52,946 nucleotides of DNA from a virus (IMGVR_UViG_3300042465_001424:1-52946); one strand, 5' to 3'. Counted from the stretch's first letter, positions 1 through 9,403 are shown. Program-made: numbers and translations. Notes: a model not told the origin generated them from the letters alone.

Positions 1-666
1 ACTACAGCATTTGTGCAGGCAGCGGTTACTGGTTTATTAGAATTCAAAGGAGGATTCAATGCTTCAACTGGAGCAATAACATCAGGTTCTAATAGTGGTC
101 TATTTTTATGGGGAGCAACAAGAGTAGCTTTAGAGATCGGAGACTATTATGTAGCGACTGTCGCGGGGGATTTTTATGGAGACGTGCTTTATCCTTTAAC
201 ACCAGGCGATTCTGTTATAGCTACAGTAGCAAGAGCGGTTAATACTTCATTGGTTACGGATTGGTCTGTAATACAATCGGATACAGATTTAGCTACACTA
301 ACAACAGTTGGTATAGGCAATGTAAATGCTGGATCAGGAATAGCTGTAAGTTACTTAAATGGAACAGCTACAGTATCTACAACCGATTTTGGATTAAGAG
401 GTAAAAAAATTATATTATCTGTTGGAACTGGTATAACAAAAGTTGTGTCGGGGGGATTAACTACATTTACTATAAACTTGGCATCGGCATGGGCTGCGGG
501 GATAGAGGCTTCTAATGTAATATGTGAAGTTATAGATAATGCTTCATTTTTAACAGTATATGCGGAAGTAGGTAGAACATCGGCCGTAAGCACTAATTTA
601 ACGGTATCTATGACTGGTACTGTTGCGGATGGTTTATATTATGTACTTCTTCAAAATATAGAATAA
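1..666 (+). CDS. Tail/tail-fibre-associated structural protein, 5'-truncated
   Basis: Frame is open from the window edge. The G/T/A/V-rich, beta-strand-like sequence lies directly upstream of the tail fibre. Confidence 0.55.
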   Translation, partial: TTAFVQAAVTGLLEFKGGFNASTGAITSGSNSGLFLWGATRVALEIGDYYVATVAGDFYGDVLYPLTPGDSVIATVARAVNTSLVTDWSVIQSDTDLATLTTVGIGNVNAGSGIAVSYLNGTATVSTTDFGLRGKKIILSVGTGITKVVSGGLTTFTINLASAWAAGIEASNVICEVIDNASFLTVYAEVGRTSAVSTNLTVSMTGTVADGLYYVLLQNIE

Positions 667-683
667 TAAAACAATAAAATTAA

Positions 684-3482
684 ATGGCAATACAATTTAT
701 AAAAGGTGTTATTGTAAACGGGGATCTTACGGCTACTAGGCTAATAAAGATTGATGGCACATCCAGTCAATTTTTAAAGGCGGATGGTTCTGTTGATTCT
801 ACTGGGTATTTATCATCTGTAGGTTTAACTATGCCTGTAGCGTTTAGTGTGGCTAATAGCCCTTTGACGGCAAATGGCACTTTAGAGGTTACCGCGATAG
901 GTACTGCTTCACAATATATTAGAGGAGATGGGCAATTGGCTACATTACCAGCGAGTGGTGGTGGCGGTGGTTCATCAGTATTTTATTATCTTAATGGTTC
1001 GGTGGATGCATCGGTTGCTACTTATAAGCAAATGGATAATACTCCTGTAATTGGCGGAGGTACTGATTTTAATTTAGTAGGCAACGGATTAATTGCTCAA
1101 TTCTTAACTGATATTGGAAATCCAAATAGAATACAAATACCAGGAGGAGCTTGGAACTTTGAGATGTTTTTTAATATGTCATCTGTTGGTGGTAATACAA
1201 AATTCTATGTTGAATTATTAAAATATAATGGAGCAACCTTTACTTCAATTGCAAGTAATATTACAGTGCCTGAAGAAATAACTGGCGGTACATCTGTAGA
1301 TTTATATTTAACTTCAATTGCTGTCCCAGAAACTGTTTTATTAACTACGGATAGATTAGCCATTAGGGTTTACATTGTTGATAACTCTGGAGGTAGAACA
1401 GCCACCTTACATACTGAGGATAATACGTTATGTCAAGTAACAACCACATTTTCGGCAGGTGTAACTTCTATTAATGGACTAACTGAGAATACTCAATATT
1501 TAGCGGTTGGAACGAGTGGTACAGACTTTAATATTTCAAGTTTATTAGATACGCACACGTTTAATTTACCAACAGCATCGTCAACTAAAAGAGGAGCATT
1601 AAGTTTTACAGATTGGCTTATTTTTAATAGTAAAATTAGCGGTTTAGGGACAGCAAATTATATTTCTAAATTTACAGCAGTTGGAACAACAATAGGTAAC
1701 AGTTTAATCTATGATAATGGAAGTAATGTAGGTATTGGAACTACTGCTCCATCATCTAAATTAACCGTTACTTCCAGTACAAATGAAGCCTTATATGTAT
1801 ATTCAACTGGGGGAACAGGTGCTACATTAGGCACTTCAGATTATAGAGCATTATACGCGATAAATAATTCTGTATTAAATCCTACTATCTATGCTATAAA
1901 TATTGGAGCAGGCCCTATACTTAGTTTATTTAATAATTCAGCTACAAATGTGTTTCACGTTCTTAATAACGGTAACGTAGGTATTGGAAACACATCACCA
2001 GTTGAAAAATTAGATGTTAGTGGGAATATATTTATGGGAGGTGGTGGAGGTAGAACACTAACCCTCCAAGCCAGCGGTGCTGGGGGTACTGAAATAAAAC
2101 TACTACCAAATACTACAGCAGGTTATGCTAGAATAAACGTAGGTAATACAAATCAGCCATTAGATTTCCAAATGAATAATGCTGATGTAATGAGAATTAC
2201 ACAGGCAGGCAACGTAGGTATTGGAACTACAAGTCCAAGTGCTAAACTTGATGTTAATGGACATATAAACGTAACAAGTGCTGCAATAAATTTTGCAGGT
2301 AGTGGTTCGCCATTAAATACAGACCCTGCAATTTACAGAGTAGGTGGAGTTAATGATTTAGCTTTTGCTATTGGTTTAACTGAAAAAATGCGTATTACAA
2401 CATCAGGCAACGTTGGTATTGGAACGACAAGTCCAGCATATAAATTAGATGTTGCTGGTTCTTCAAGGGTACAAGGGAATTTATATTTGAATGGAAATAT
2501 AGAGTATAACGGTTTAATTGGTTCGGATTTTTATATCAGTACAGTTCAAGGGGGCGGAATGATTTATCAAGCAGACCAAAATGGGCATAGATTTCAAACT
2601 TATTCAGGAGCTTGGCTTGACAGATTAATAATCACAGATGGTGGCAACGTAGGTATTGGAACTACAAGTCCAGTTGTTAAGTTGCATATAACCGCTCCTG
2701 CTACTTTAAGTAATAATATAGAAATGCTTAGAATAACAGATGGTAGTTATGCTGATTTTAAAATATTATTAAATAGAGTATCATCGTTAGCTACATCTAT
2801 AAGTGTAGTAAATACTGCTGCCGGCAATATGTCTTTTGAGACTTCAAACACCGAAAGAATGCGTATCACTTCAGCAGGTAACGTAGGTATAGGAACGACA
2901 AGTCCAAGCGTAGCCTTAGACTTTGGGAATGTAACAGGCAAAGCTTTTCATCTATATACATCAGGTTTAGATTATTATGGGCTTAATATGGCTCAATATG
3001 ATGGTGGAGGTTTTTCTACTAACATATTTTCTGGAAATGGTGGAGATGTAAAAATTAGAACTGCTTCGGGCACTTCTACACAAAGCACTAGAATGATTAT
3101 CACTTCAGCTGGTAACGTTGGAATTGGAACAACAAGTCCAGCTTACAAATTACAGGTTGTAAATTCAGGTAATACATTATTACAATTAAATGGAAATAAT
3201 ACAGCAGGTACAATAGACACAGGATTTACAATAAGTGCTGACGATTCTAAAAATATTTTTTTATATCAAAGAGAAAATGCAAGTACTATATTTGGTACAA
3301 ATAACGCTGAACGAATGCGTATTACTCCTGCAGGCAACGTAGGTATCGGAACTACTAATCCAACAGCTAAACTTCACGTTGTTGGAATGGTTGAATATGC
3401 AACAAATGCTTTGGCAATTGCAGGAGGTTTAACAGTAGGAGCTTTTTATCATACAGGTGGAGTAGTTAAAGTAGTAATATAA
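684..3482 (+). CDS. Tail fibre / receptor-binding protein with 8 GNVGIGTTxP-type repeats
   Basis: Eight copies of (G/S)NVGIG(T/N)TxP, most preceded by a RMxIT-like segment and followed by KL. This shaft repeat is typical of Bacteroidota phage fibres. Confidence 0.8.
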   Translation: MAIQFIKGVIVNGDLTATRLIKIDGTSSQFLKADGSVDSTGYLSSVGLTMPVAFSVANSPLTANGTLEVTAIGTASQYIRGDGQLATLPASGGGGGSSVFYYLNGSVDASVATYKQMDNTPVIGGGTDFNLVGNGLIAQFLTDIGNPNRIQIPGGAWNFEMFFNMSSVGGNTKFYVELLKYNGATFTSIASNITVPEEITGGTSVDLYLTSIAVPETVLLTTDRLAIRVYIVDNSGGRTATLHTEDNTLCQVTTTFSAGVTSINGLTENTQYLAVGTSGTDFNISSLLDTHTFNLPTASSTKRGALSFTDWLIFNSKISGLGTANYISKFTAVGTTIGNSLIYDNGSNVGIGTTAPSSKLTVTSSTNEALYVYSTGGTGATLGTSDYRALYAINNSVLNPTIYAINIGAGPILSLFNNSATNVFHVLNNGNVGIGNTSPVEKLDVSGNIFMGGGGGRTLTLQASGAGGTEIKLLPNTTAGYARINVGNTNQPLDFQMNNADVMRITQAGNVGIGTTSPSAKLDVNGHINVTSAAINFAGSGSPLNTDPAIYRVGGVNDLAFAIGLTEKMRITTSGNVGIGTTSPAYKLDVAGSSRVQGNLYLNGNIEYNGLIGSDFYISTVQGGGMIYQADQNGHRFQTYSGAWLDRLIITDGGNVGIGTTSPVVKLHITAPATLSNNIEMLRITDGSYADFKILLNRVSSLATSISVVNTAAGNMSFETSNTERMRITSAGNVGIGTTSPSVALDFGNVTGKAFHLYTSGLDYYGLNMAQYDGGGFSTNIFSGNGGDVKIRTASGTSTQSTRMIITSAGNVGIGTTSPAYKLQVVNSGNTLLQLNGNNTAGTIDTGFTISADDSKNIFLYQRENASTIFGTNNAERMRITPAGNVGIGTTNPTAKLHVVGMVEYATNALAIAGGLTVGAFYHTGGVVKVVI

Positions 3483-3499
3483 CAAATAAATAAATAAAA

Positions 3500-3832
3500 A
3501 TGACAAAATTTGATTGGATTATTTCAGCAATGGAATGTAAAGTAAAAGAGGACAATTTATCAGATGTGGTAATATTAGTTCATTGGAGGTATAACGCTGC
3601 AAGCGTAGTTGAAGAGAAAGAATACTTTGCTGATACTTATGGAGCAACATCTGTACCAATGCCTACAGGAGAAGATTTTACTCCTTATGCAGAATTGACA
3701 AAGGACCAAGTAACAGGGTGGTTAGAAGGGCTTTTAGACGTACCTGCAATGCAGTTGCAACTAGAGGCAAATATAGAATTACAAATTAATCCTATAGATG
3801 TAACACTTCCTCCACCATTCCCAAATAATTAA
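3500..3832 (+). CDS. Putative tail fibre assembly/accessory protein
   Basis: 110-aa acidic protein (VHWR, FTPYAELT, C-terminal PPPF) immediately after the fibre gene. Function inferred from position. Confidence 0.5.
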   Translation: MTKFDWIISAMECKVKEDNLSDVVILVHWRYNAASVVEEKEYFADTYGATSVPMPTGEDFTPYAELTKDQVTGWLEGLLDVPAMQLQLEANIELQINPIDVTLPPPFPNN

Positions 3833-3837
3833 TACAA

Positions 3838-4023
3838 GTGAGTACCAAAGAAAAGATAGATTTATACTTAAGCAAATGGGTAAGTAGAAAATTGATGGTA
3901 TTTGTAGTTGCATGCTCTGGATTATTTTCAGGGCATTTAACCTCAACCGATTGGGTTATTATTGCAACGGCTTATATTAGCATTCAAGGGTTTACAGACA
4001 TTGTTAAAAAATTAAAAACATAA
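3838..4023 (+). CDS. Putative holin
   Basis: 61 aa, SRKL motif followed by two hydrophobic segments, basic C-terminus, upstream of the endolysin. Confidence 0.6.
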   Translation: MSTKEKIDLYLSKWVSRKLMVFVVACSGLFSGHLTSTDWVIIATAYISIQGFTDIVKKLKT

Positions 4024-4220
4024 TGGATCAGGGTTCAGTACGATTATACATATTAAATGCTTTAACTATTTACTTAAGCTTTACAAAATTGGAGACCACA
4101 CTAAAAATACTATTACTATTAATATCAATAGTATATACTAGTATGAAAATATATGATTGGGTATTAATTAGATTAAATAAAAAAGATGGTAATAACAGTA
4201 AAGAGACTTTACAAGACTGA
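4023..4220 (+). CDS. Putative holin/antiholin (membrane protein)
   Basis: 65 aa with a hydrophobic stretch (LKILLLLISIVYT) and charged tail. Overlaps the endolysin start. Confidence 0.55.
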   Translation: MDQGSVRLYILNALTIYLSFTKLETTLKILLLLISIVYTSMKIYDWVLIRLNKKDGNNSKETLQD

Positions 4221-4572
4221 TAATTCTACAATAGGTGAATTACTAATAGATGGGATATTTGAATGCTTTACCTTAGAAGATAAAGAAAGACCTGTTAAGA
4301 TTAAAGGGGAAACTGCGATACCTAAAGGAACGTATAGAGTGATTATAAATGAATCTAATAGGTTCAAAAGATTATTGCCTTTATTGATCGATGTCCCCAA
4401 TTTTGAAGGGGTTCGTATACATAGTGGAAATTCTAATCACGATACCGAAGGATGCATATTAGTGGGTCAAACTAGAAATAAAAACTATATAGGACAATCT
4501 AGAAAAGCTTTTGATAAACTATTCAAAAAAATGCAAGTCGCAAAAAACATAACATTAACTATTATATCCTAA
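4186..4572 (+). CDS. DUF5675-family protein, putative endolysin
   Basis: Motifs TIGEL, TLED, IPxGTY and IHSGN...TEGCILVG match DUF5675 (His/Cys transpeptidase-like). Lies between holins and spanin. Confidence 0.75.
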   Translation: MVITVKRLYKTDNSTIGELLIDGIFECFTLEDKERPVKIKGETAIPKGTYRVIINESNRFKRLLPLLIDVPNFEGVRIHSGNSNHDTEGCILVGQTRNKNYIGQSRKAFDKLFKKMQVAKNITLTIIS

Positions 4573-5063
4573 TGAAAAGAATTATATTCCTTATATCAAT
4601 GCTTGTACTAATATCTTGTGGCGCTCGTAAAACAAACATTACGAAAACAGATATTAAAAAGGATAGTATTGTTGAAACAAAAGTTATAGTTACAACTGTA
4701 GAAACAAAAGAAAAAACAGATTCTACAAACATAGTTACAACAATTGACAGTAGTGAAATTGTTATAACTCCTATTGATTCAAGTAAAACAATTATCGTTG
4801 ATGGTAAAAGTTATAAAAACGTTGTTTTAAAGATTAAAAAGATTAAAGCTAATAGTTTATACGTAAACAATAAGAAAGAGTCAGAAACAAAGCATATGGA
4901 CTCCACGGCGACTGCTAAGGTAGAAGTAAAAGAACAAGCAACTAATAAAACAAAAGTAATAGACAAAAAAGCAAACTATTGGTTTTTATTTTATTGGTTA
5001 ATATTAATATTAATTTTATATTTATTATGGCGAAACAAACATCGAGTATTCAACGTGTTGTAA
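4572..5063 (+). CDS. Unimolecular spanin (u-spanin)
   Basis: N-terminal lipoprotein signal with lipobox LISC, beta-rich middle, C-terminal transmembrane segment (YWFLFYWLILILILYLLW). Same topology as T1 gp11. Confidence 0.75.
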   Translation: MKRIIFLISMLVLISCGARKTNITKTDIKKDSIVETKVIVTTVETKEKTDSTNIVTTIDSSEIVITPIDSSKTIIVDGKSYKNVVLKIKKIKANSLYVNNKKESETKHMDSTATAKVEVKEQATNKTKVIDKKANYWFLFYWLILILILYLLWRNKHRVFNVL

Positions 5064-5161
5064 AAAGTGTGTCAAGACCTGGAATTCATTCAAAATCTAA
5101 AACTTCGAAACTTAAAACTTCTAAGTTATATAAAAAAGCATATAGCGGACAAGGAAAGTAA
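5027..5161 (+). CDS. Small basic protein (44 aa, MAKQ...YSGQGK)
   Basis: ATG at 5027 is a more plausible start than the 4979 start in the track. K/S-rich. Confidence 0.6.
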   Translation: MAKQTSSIQRVVKSVSRPGIHSKSKTSKLKTSKLYKKAYSGQGK

Positions 5162-5169
5162 AAAATACA

Positions 5170-5189
5170 AAATATAAGTAATATATATA
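5170..5189 (+). promoter_or_regulatory. Candidate late-promoter motif (class B, AAGTAAT)
   Basis: A-rich tract, GTAAT (5178-5182), AT-rich tail, in the gap before groEL. Similar motifs at 8522, 18880, 26123 and 47697 (-). Confidence 0.4.
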
Positions 5190-5215
5190 CTATATCAAAT
5201 TAAATAAAATCAAAT

Positions 5216-6760
5216 ATGTCAGATGCAATAGTAAAGAATCTTAGTTTTGGGTTAGAGGCTCAAAATAAAGTTTTTGAAGGCGTTACAAAATTAACAAAAG
5301 CAGTAAGTTCAACCTTAGGTGCTGGCGGTAAATGTGTAATGTTAGAAGATAGTCAAGGTAGACCAATTATTACAAAAGATGGTGTAACGGTAGCGGATAG
5401 TATTATCTTGTTAGATCCAGTAGAAAATATGGGGGCAAGACTTTTAAAAGAGGCGGCTCGCAAAACAGTTAAAGAAGCCGGAGACGGAACTACAACTGCA
5501 ACAGTATTAGCTCACGCAATTTTAGAGGAGGCTTATAAAGTACAATCTAAAACCAACGCTAGAGAGTTAAAGAATGGGATTGAATTAATGACTGAAGCGG
5601 TTATAACCTATCTAGAGTCTATCGCTGTCCCGGTTACAGGAGATATGATTGACAATATTGCGACTATATCCACAAATAATGATCCAGTGCTTGGTAAAAT
5701 TATTGCCGATGCTTTTAGATCCGTTGGGGAAACCGGTATTGTTATGATGGAAACATCATCAAATGCAGAGACAGAAATAGAAGTTATTGAAGGCGTTCAA
5801 TATGATAAAGGTTTAGTTAATTCAAATTTTATAACTAATCCTAGTAAAAGAACATCAGAGCTAGATAATCCTGTAGTTTTAATTATTGAGTCTCCAGTTG
5901 AAGGTATTAGACAAATACAATCAGTATTAGAATATGTAATTAAAACAAACCGTTCTTTATTGATTATTGCAGATATAGAAACAAATGTTTTATCTGCTTT
6001 AGCAATGAACAAAGTTAAAGGTAATATAAAAGTAAATGTAATTAATGCGCCAACTTATGGTGTTAATAAAAAGGATACATTAGCAGATCTTGCTTTATTA
6101 ACTGGTGCAACAATTATAAACGAAGACTTAGGTGACGATATGGATTTAATCCAGCCAGAGCACTTAGGCACTTGCTTAAAAAGTATTACAGACGATTTTG
6201 AAACTATAATTCAGGTTGGTGGAGTTACTGAAGAAATTCAAGTATTAATTGATTCAATTAAAGAACAACTAGAAGGTAAACTTAGTCCTGGTGAAGTTAT
6301 TAGATTAGAAAAAAGATTAGCTAGACTATCTGCAAAGGTAGCTATTGTAAAAGTAGGTGCTAATTCAGATATAGAATTAAAAGAAAAAGCAGATAGAGTT
6401 GAAGATGCAATTTGCGCAACTAAAGCCGCTATTAAGGAGGGGATTGTACCGGGCGGCGGAATTGCTTTGTTAGATGCGTCAAAAAACTTTGGCGTACCAG
6501 ATATAGGTGGAGAGGTTTTGTTAAAAGCCATTCAAGCCCCGTATAAAACAATATTAAACAATGCCGGTATTAGTTACGCAATAGAGCTCAGTGCTGATGG
6601 ACATGGTTTAAATGTTATTACGGGCGAATATGTCAACATGATTGAAGAGGGAATTATTGACCCATTATTGGTTACCAAATCCGCATTAAGAAATGCATCG
6701 TCTGTAGCTGTTACAATATTATCAACTGATTGTGTAATTAATAACTTACGCGTATCATGA
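5216..6760 (+). CDS. groEL: Phage-encoded chaperonin GroEL (Cpn60)
   Basis: ITKDGVTVA, AGDGTTTATVLA, RVEDAICATKAA, GIVPGGG and GIIDP motifs. No GGM tail. Confidence 0.97.
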   Translation: MSDAIVKNLSFGLEAQNKVFEGVTKLTKAVSSTLGAGGKCVMLEDSQGRPIITKDGVTVADSIILLDPVENMGARLLKEAARKTVKEAGDGTTTATVLAHAILEEAYKVQSKTNARELKNGIELMTEAVITYLESIAVPVTGDMIDNIATISTNNDPVLGKIIADAFRSVGETGIVMMETSSNAETEIEVIEGVQYDKGLVNSNFITNPSKRTSELDNPVVLIIESPVEGIRQIQSVLEYVIKTNRSLLIIADIETNVLSALAMNKVKGNIKVNVINAPTYGVNKKDTLADLALLTGATIINEDLGDDMDLIQPEHLGTCLKSITDDFETIIQVGGVTEEIQVLIDSIKEQLEGKLSPGEVIRLEKRLARLSAKVAIVKVGANSDIELKEKADRVEDAICATKAAIKEGIVPGGGIALLDASKNFGVPDIGGEVLLKAIQAPYKTILNNAGISYAIELSADGHGLNVITGEYVNMIEEGIIDPLLVTKSALRNASSVAVTILSTDCVINNLRVS

Positions 6761-7017
6761 AAGCAATAGGTAGCAACATTATAATATCTGTGAAGAAAAC
6801 AGGTCTTAGTAAAACAGAGGGCGGTCTAATTTTAGCAGAAAAAGATAAAGAGAATATAAGATATAAAGAAGCTATTATAGTTTCTATAAGCGAAGAGATA
6901 AAATCATTAAATGTTGGCGATATTATTTATTATGATAAAAGCGCAGGTCATGGAATAGATTTTGAAGGTAATGATTACAAGGTTATAAAATTGCAAGATG
7001 TTGTAATTGTTTTATGA
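6757..7017 (+). CDS. groES: Co-chaperonin GroES (Cpn10)
   Basis: Mobile loop KTEGGLIL, VGDIIYY, C-terminal IKLQDVVIV. ATGA overlap with groEL. Confidence 0.9.
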   Translation: MKAIGSNIIISVKKTGLSKTEGGLILAEKDKENIRYKEAIIVSISEEIKSLNVGDIIYYDKSAGHGIDFEGNDYKVIKLQDVVIVL

Positions 7018-7460
7018 GAAAGCTAGAGGCAAGGGATGTAAAAAATCTTGGGCTATTAAAACATTATCGTTTAATACGTAGATGGGCTTGTAGAAACAAT
7101 GGTTTAACCGATGCAGATCTGGAGTTATTAATATACTTTGATTGCATGGAGTTTTTCACAAAGCAAGATTATAAGATTGGTACATATGCATATAGTTGGG
7201 ACAATAAACGCTGGAACAATTTGTTAAAAGAAGGGTGGATAGTAGTATGGCGGAATAGAAACCATACAACCCAAAAGTATAACATATATAAAGTTTCATT
7301 TAAGTGTAAACAACTAATAAGTAGAATGTATCGTATAATGCTTGGTGATGAAGATGTGCCAACAAGTAATCATAGAAACACTATAATGCGAGGTAAAACA
7401 TATACCGATAAAGTATTACAAGTTGCAATTAATCACGTTAATAAAGATAAAACAAGATGA
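7014..7460 (+). CDS. Hypothetical protein, possibly winged-helix
   Basis: Basic 148-aa ORF translationally coupled to groES. LTDADLELLIY...LLKEGWI pattern is only suggestive. Confidence 0.5.
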   Translation: MRKLEARDVKNLGLLKHYRLIRRWACRNNGLTDADLELLIYFDCMEFFTKQDYKIGTYAYSWDNKRWNNLLKEGWIVVWRNRNHTTQKYNIYKVSFKCKQLISRMYRIMLGDEDVPTSNHRNTIMRGKTYTDKVLQVAINHVNKDKTR

Positions 7461-7711
7461 TAGACAATACAAATTTACAAAACCCAATTGCCACGGATAT
7501 GAATGCCGTACAGACTCAATCGCCAATTAATCCTAGAATTAAACCTTCTGGAGCACCGGTTGCATTTTCGCCTAAGTCACAAAATACAATTATGAGTGCT
7601 TTTGGAAATCCTGTTGCAAATTCATATGATAGAACTATGGATGGGCCTGTGCCAATTCCTCAACCTATCATTGATTCAAATGTACCAACAAGTAATTTTT
7701 ATAATACATAA
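7457..7711 (+). CDS. Hypothetical protein (P/N-rich)
   Basis: 84-aa ORF with ATGA overlap. Confidence 0.55.
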   Translation: MIDNTNLQNPIATDMNAVQTQSPINPRIKPSGAPVAFSPKSQNTIMSAFGNPVANSYDRTMDGPVPIPQPIIDSNVPTSNFYNT

Positions 7712-7721
7712 ATAATAAACA

Positions 7722-7940
7722 ATGAATATAAACGCAAAAAAACATCCATCTCATCCACTTGATAGAGAAGCCGCTATGAGTGGCGTTGGAGCAACCGCAA
7801 TATGGGACGGTCCTTTTGATTCAACAGGATTGCCTAAAGGTAAAGGATCTAGTTCTGGTAAGAATGGTATTAAACTTAGGTTTGATGAGCCAATCTGTGA
7901 GGGAGGGTCTATTATGCAAAGAGTAAAAGCAAAACAATAA
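7722..7940 (+). CDS. Hypothetical protein
   Basis: 72-aa ORF in the operon with an AT-rich leader. Confidence 0.6.
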   Translation: MNINAKKHPSHPLDREAAMSGVGATAIWDGPFDSTGLPKGKGSSSGKNGIKLRFDEPICEGGSIMQRVKAKQ

Positions 7941-7951
7941 TAAAAAAAGAT

Positions 7952-8200
7952 ATGGCAACTAAAAAAATTGTAGAAAAGAAAACAGGAGAAAAATATACTT
8001 CTAAAGGAGCAAAAGCAAAACACGAAAAGACTGAGTCTAAAGCTGAAATGAAAAAAGAGTATGGCAAGGTTAAATCACCGGTAAAACAAATTAGTGGTGC
8101 AATGGGCGCTGCTAAGTCTGCTGTTAAAACCGCTGTTAAGTCTATTGCTACAGCGGCAAAAAGTAAAGCGGTAACTCCTGCTAAAATGAAGAAGTGCTAA
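7952..8200 (+). CDS. Small K/A-rich basic protein
   Basis: 82 aa with histone-H1-like composition, SPVKQ and TPAKM motifs. Confidence 0.6.
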   Translation: MATKKIVEKKTGEKYTSKGAKAKHEKTESKAEMKKEYGKVKSPVKQISGAMGAAKSAVKTAVKSIATAAKSKAVTPAKMKKC

Positions 8201-8515
8201 ATGGCATTTAAAATGGTTACTCCTCCGTATGGAATGGATAATACTCCAATCTATAGTATGGACATGGAAGATAATATATTGGGCATGGCTCAATCAAATG
8301 GGACCATTTTAATAAACAAAAATATATCTCCATTAGAATTACGTAAAAGTAAAACTATATCTCATGAAAAGGTACATATAAACCAAATGAGAAGAGGTGA
8401 TTTATCTTATACCGATAATGATGTTACATGGAAAGGTAAAAAGTATTCTAGAGCAACTATGGAAGAAGGCAACAAAAAATTACCTTGGGAAATGGAAGCA
8501 TATAAAAAACAATAA
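8201..8515 (+). CDS. Small zincin-like metallopeptidase
   Basis: HEKVH (HExxH) plus downstream PWEMEAY containing a candidate third ligand. Confidence 0.7.
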   Translation: MAFKMVTPPYGMDNTPIYSMDMEDNILGMAQSNGTILINKNISPLELRKSKTISHEKVHINQMRRGDLSYTDNDVTWKGKKYSRATMEEGNKKLPWEMEAYKKQ

Positions 8516-8534
8516 ACACGCGTAATAATAATAT
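8513..8534 (+). promoter_or_regulatory. Candidate late-promoter motif (class B, GCGTAAT)
   Basis: TAAACACGCGTAATAATAATAT in the intergenic gap. Confidence 0.4.
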
Positions 8535-8559
8535 TATATAAATCTAATATTATTTAATT

Positions 8560-8919
8560 ATGAAAAAATTACTTTTGATTACGGCGTTTGCTTTATTAAG
8601 TCTAACAATTTCGGCTCAATCTAAAATTAGTATAGATAATTTAATTGGATATTGGGAACCTAACCGTCACGCTTCACAAACCGTGTTTTGGAAAGATACT
8701 CAGAATAGATTACAACTAGTACAGTTTAGCACTGTAGATGGAGGTATATTAAGACTTATTTCTATGAAGATTGTAAATGATACTTTAGTTGTTAAAACAA
8801 TTAGAGACGAGAATAAATGGGAAGTTGAAAGTTCCTATACATTTATTGGTAAAGACACCTTACAATGCATCGTTAAAGGGCCTATAAATGGTACAATAGT
8901 ATATACAAAAATAAAATAA
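8560..8919 (+). CDS. Secreted/periplasmic beta-rich protein
   Basis: Sec signal MKKLLLITAFALLSLTISAQ with an A/Q cleavage pattern typical of Bacteroidota. LIGYW resembles a lipocalin-like GxW motif. Confidence 0.65.
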   Translation: MKKLLLITAFALLSLTISAQSKISIDNLIGYWEPNRHASQTVFWKDTQNRLQLVQFSTVDGGILRLISMKIVNDTLVVKTIRDENKWEVESSYTFIGKDTLQCIVKGPINGTIVYTKIK

Positions 8920-8941
8920 CTAACAAAAAAAATAAAACAAA

Positions 8942-9403
8942 ATGGCATTTAAACAATCTCCAGGTAGAGGCAACTACGCAAAAACAGGTCATGGACTTCC
9001 TTCCCCTTTAAGACAAGAAGAACCAAAAACAGCTAAAATGAAAGCTCAAGTAGCTAAGAAAGAAGCAGTTGGGCCAACTTACAAAGAACAAACAGCTGCT
9101 GAAAAATTTGCAAGCAAAGCTCCAGGGACTGGATTAATGGGCGGTACTGAAACTGATATTCAATCAGGAATGACTAAAGCAAAAGAGTATGAAAAGAAAT
9201 TAGTTACTCAACCAAGTGGAGATACTTTTATTACAACTAGCGGTGGAAAAACAATTGCTTCAGCAAAGTTTAATCCTCATGGAAATAAAGAAGTAGAAGC
9301 ATTAAAGAAAAAATATGAGTCTGAAAAATCTTCTACTAAAGATGCTAGAAAAGCAAATGTAGTTGCTCAAAATTATAGATTAAAATTAGCAGGAAATAAA
9401 TAA
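8942..9403 (+). CDS. Hypothetical K-rich protein
   Basis: 153-aa ORF starting MAFKQSP. Confidence 0.6.
   Translation: MAFKQSPGRGNYAKTGHGLPSPLRQEEPKTAKMKAQVAKKEAVGPTYKEQTAAEKFASKAPGTGLMGGTETDIQSGMTKAKEYEKKLVTQPSGDTFITTSGGKTIASAKFNPHGNKEVEALKKKYESEKSSTKDARKANVVAQNYRLKLAGNK

Noticed and set aside
1720-3380. CRISPR array or diversity-generating retroelement in the repeated DNA
   Set aside because: Repeats are in-frame protein repeats with long coding spacers. No cas gene, reverse transcriptase or adenine-specific template/variable pair is visible.
5216-7017. Bacterial chromosomal DNA or a prophage boundary at groEL
   Set aside because: Phage genes lie on both sides with coupled overlaps, the gene order is reversed relative to bacteria, and no integrase or att site is seen.
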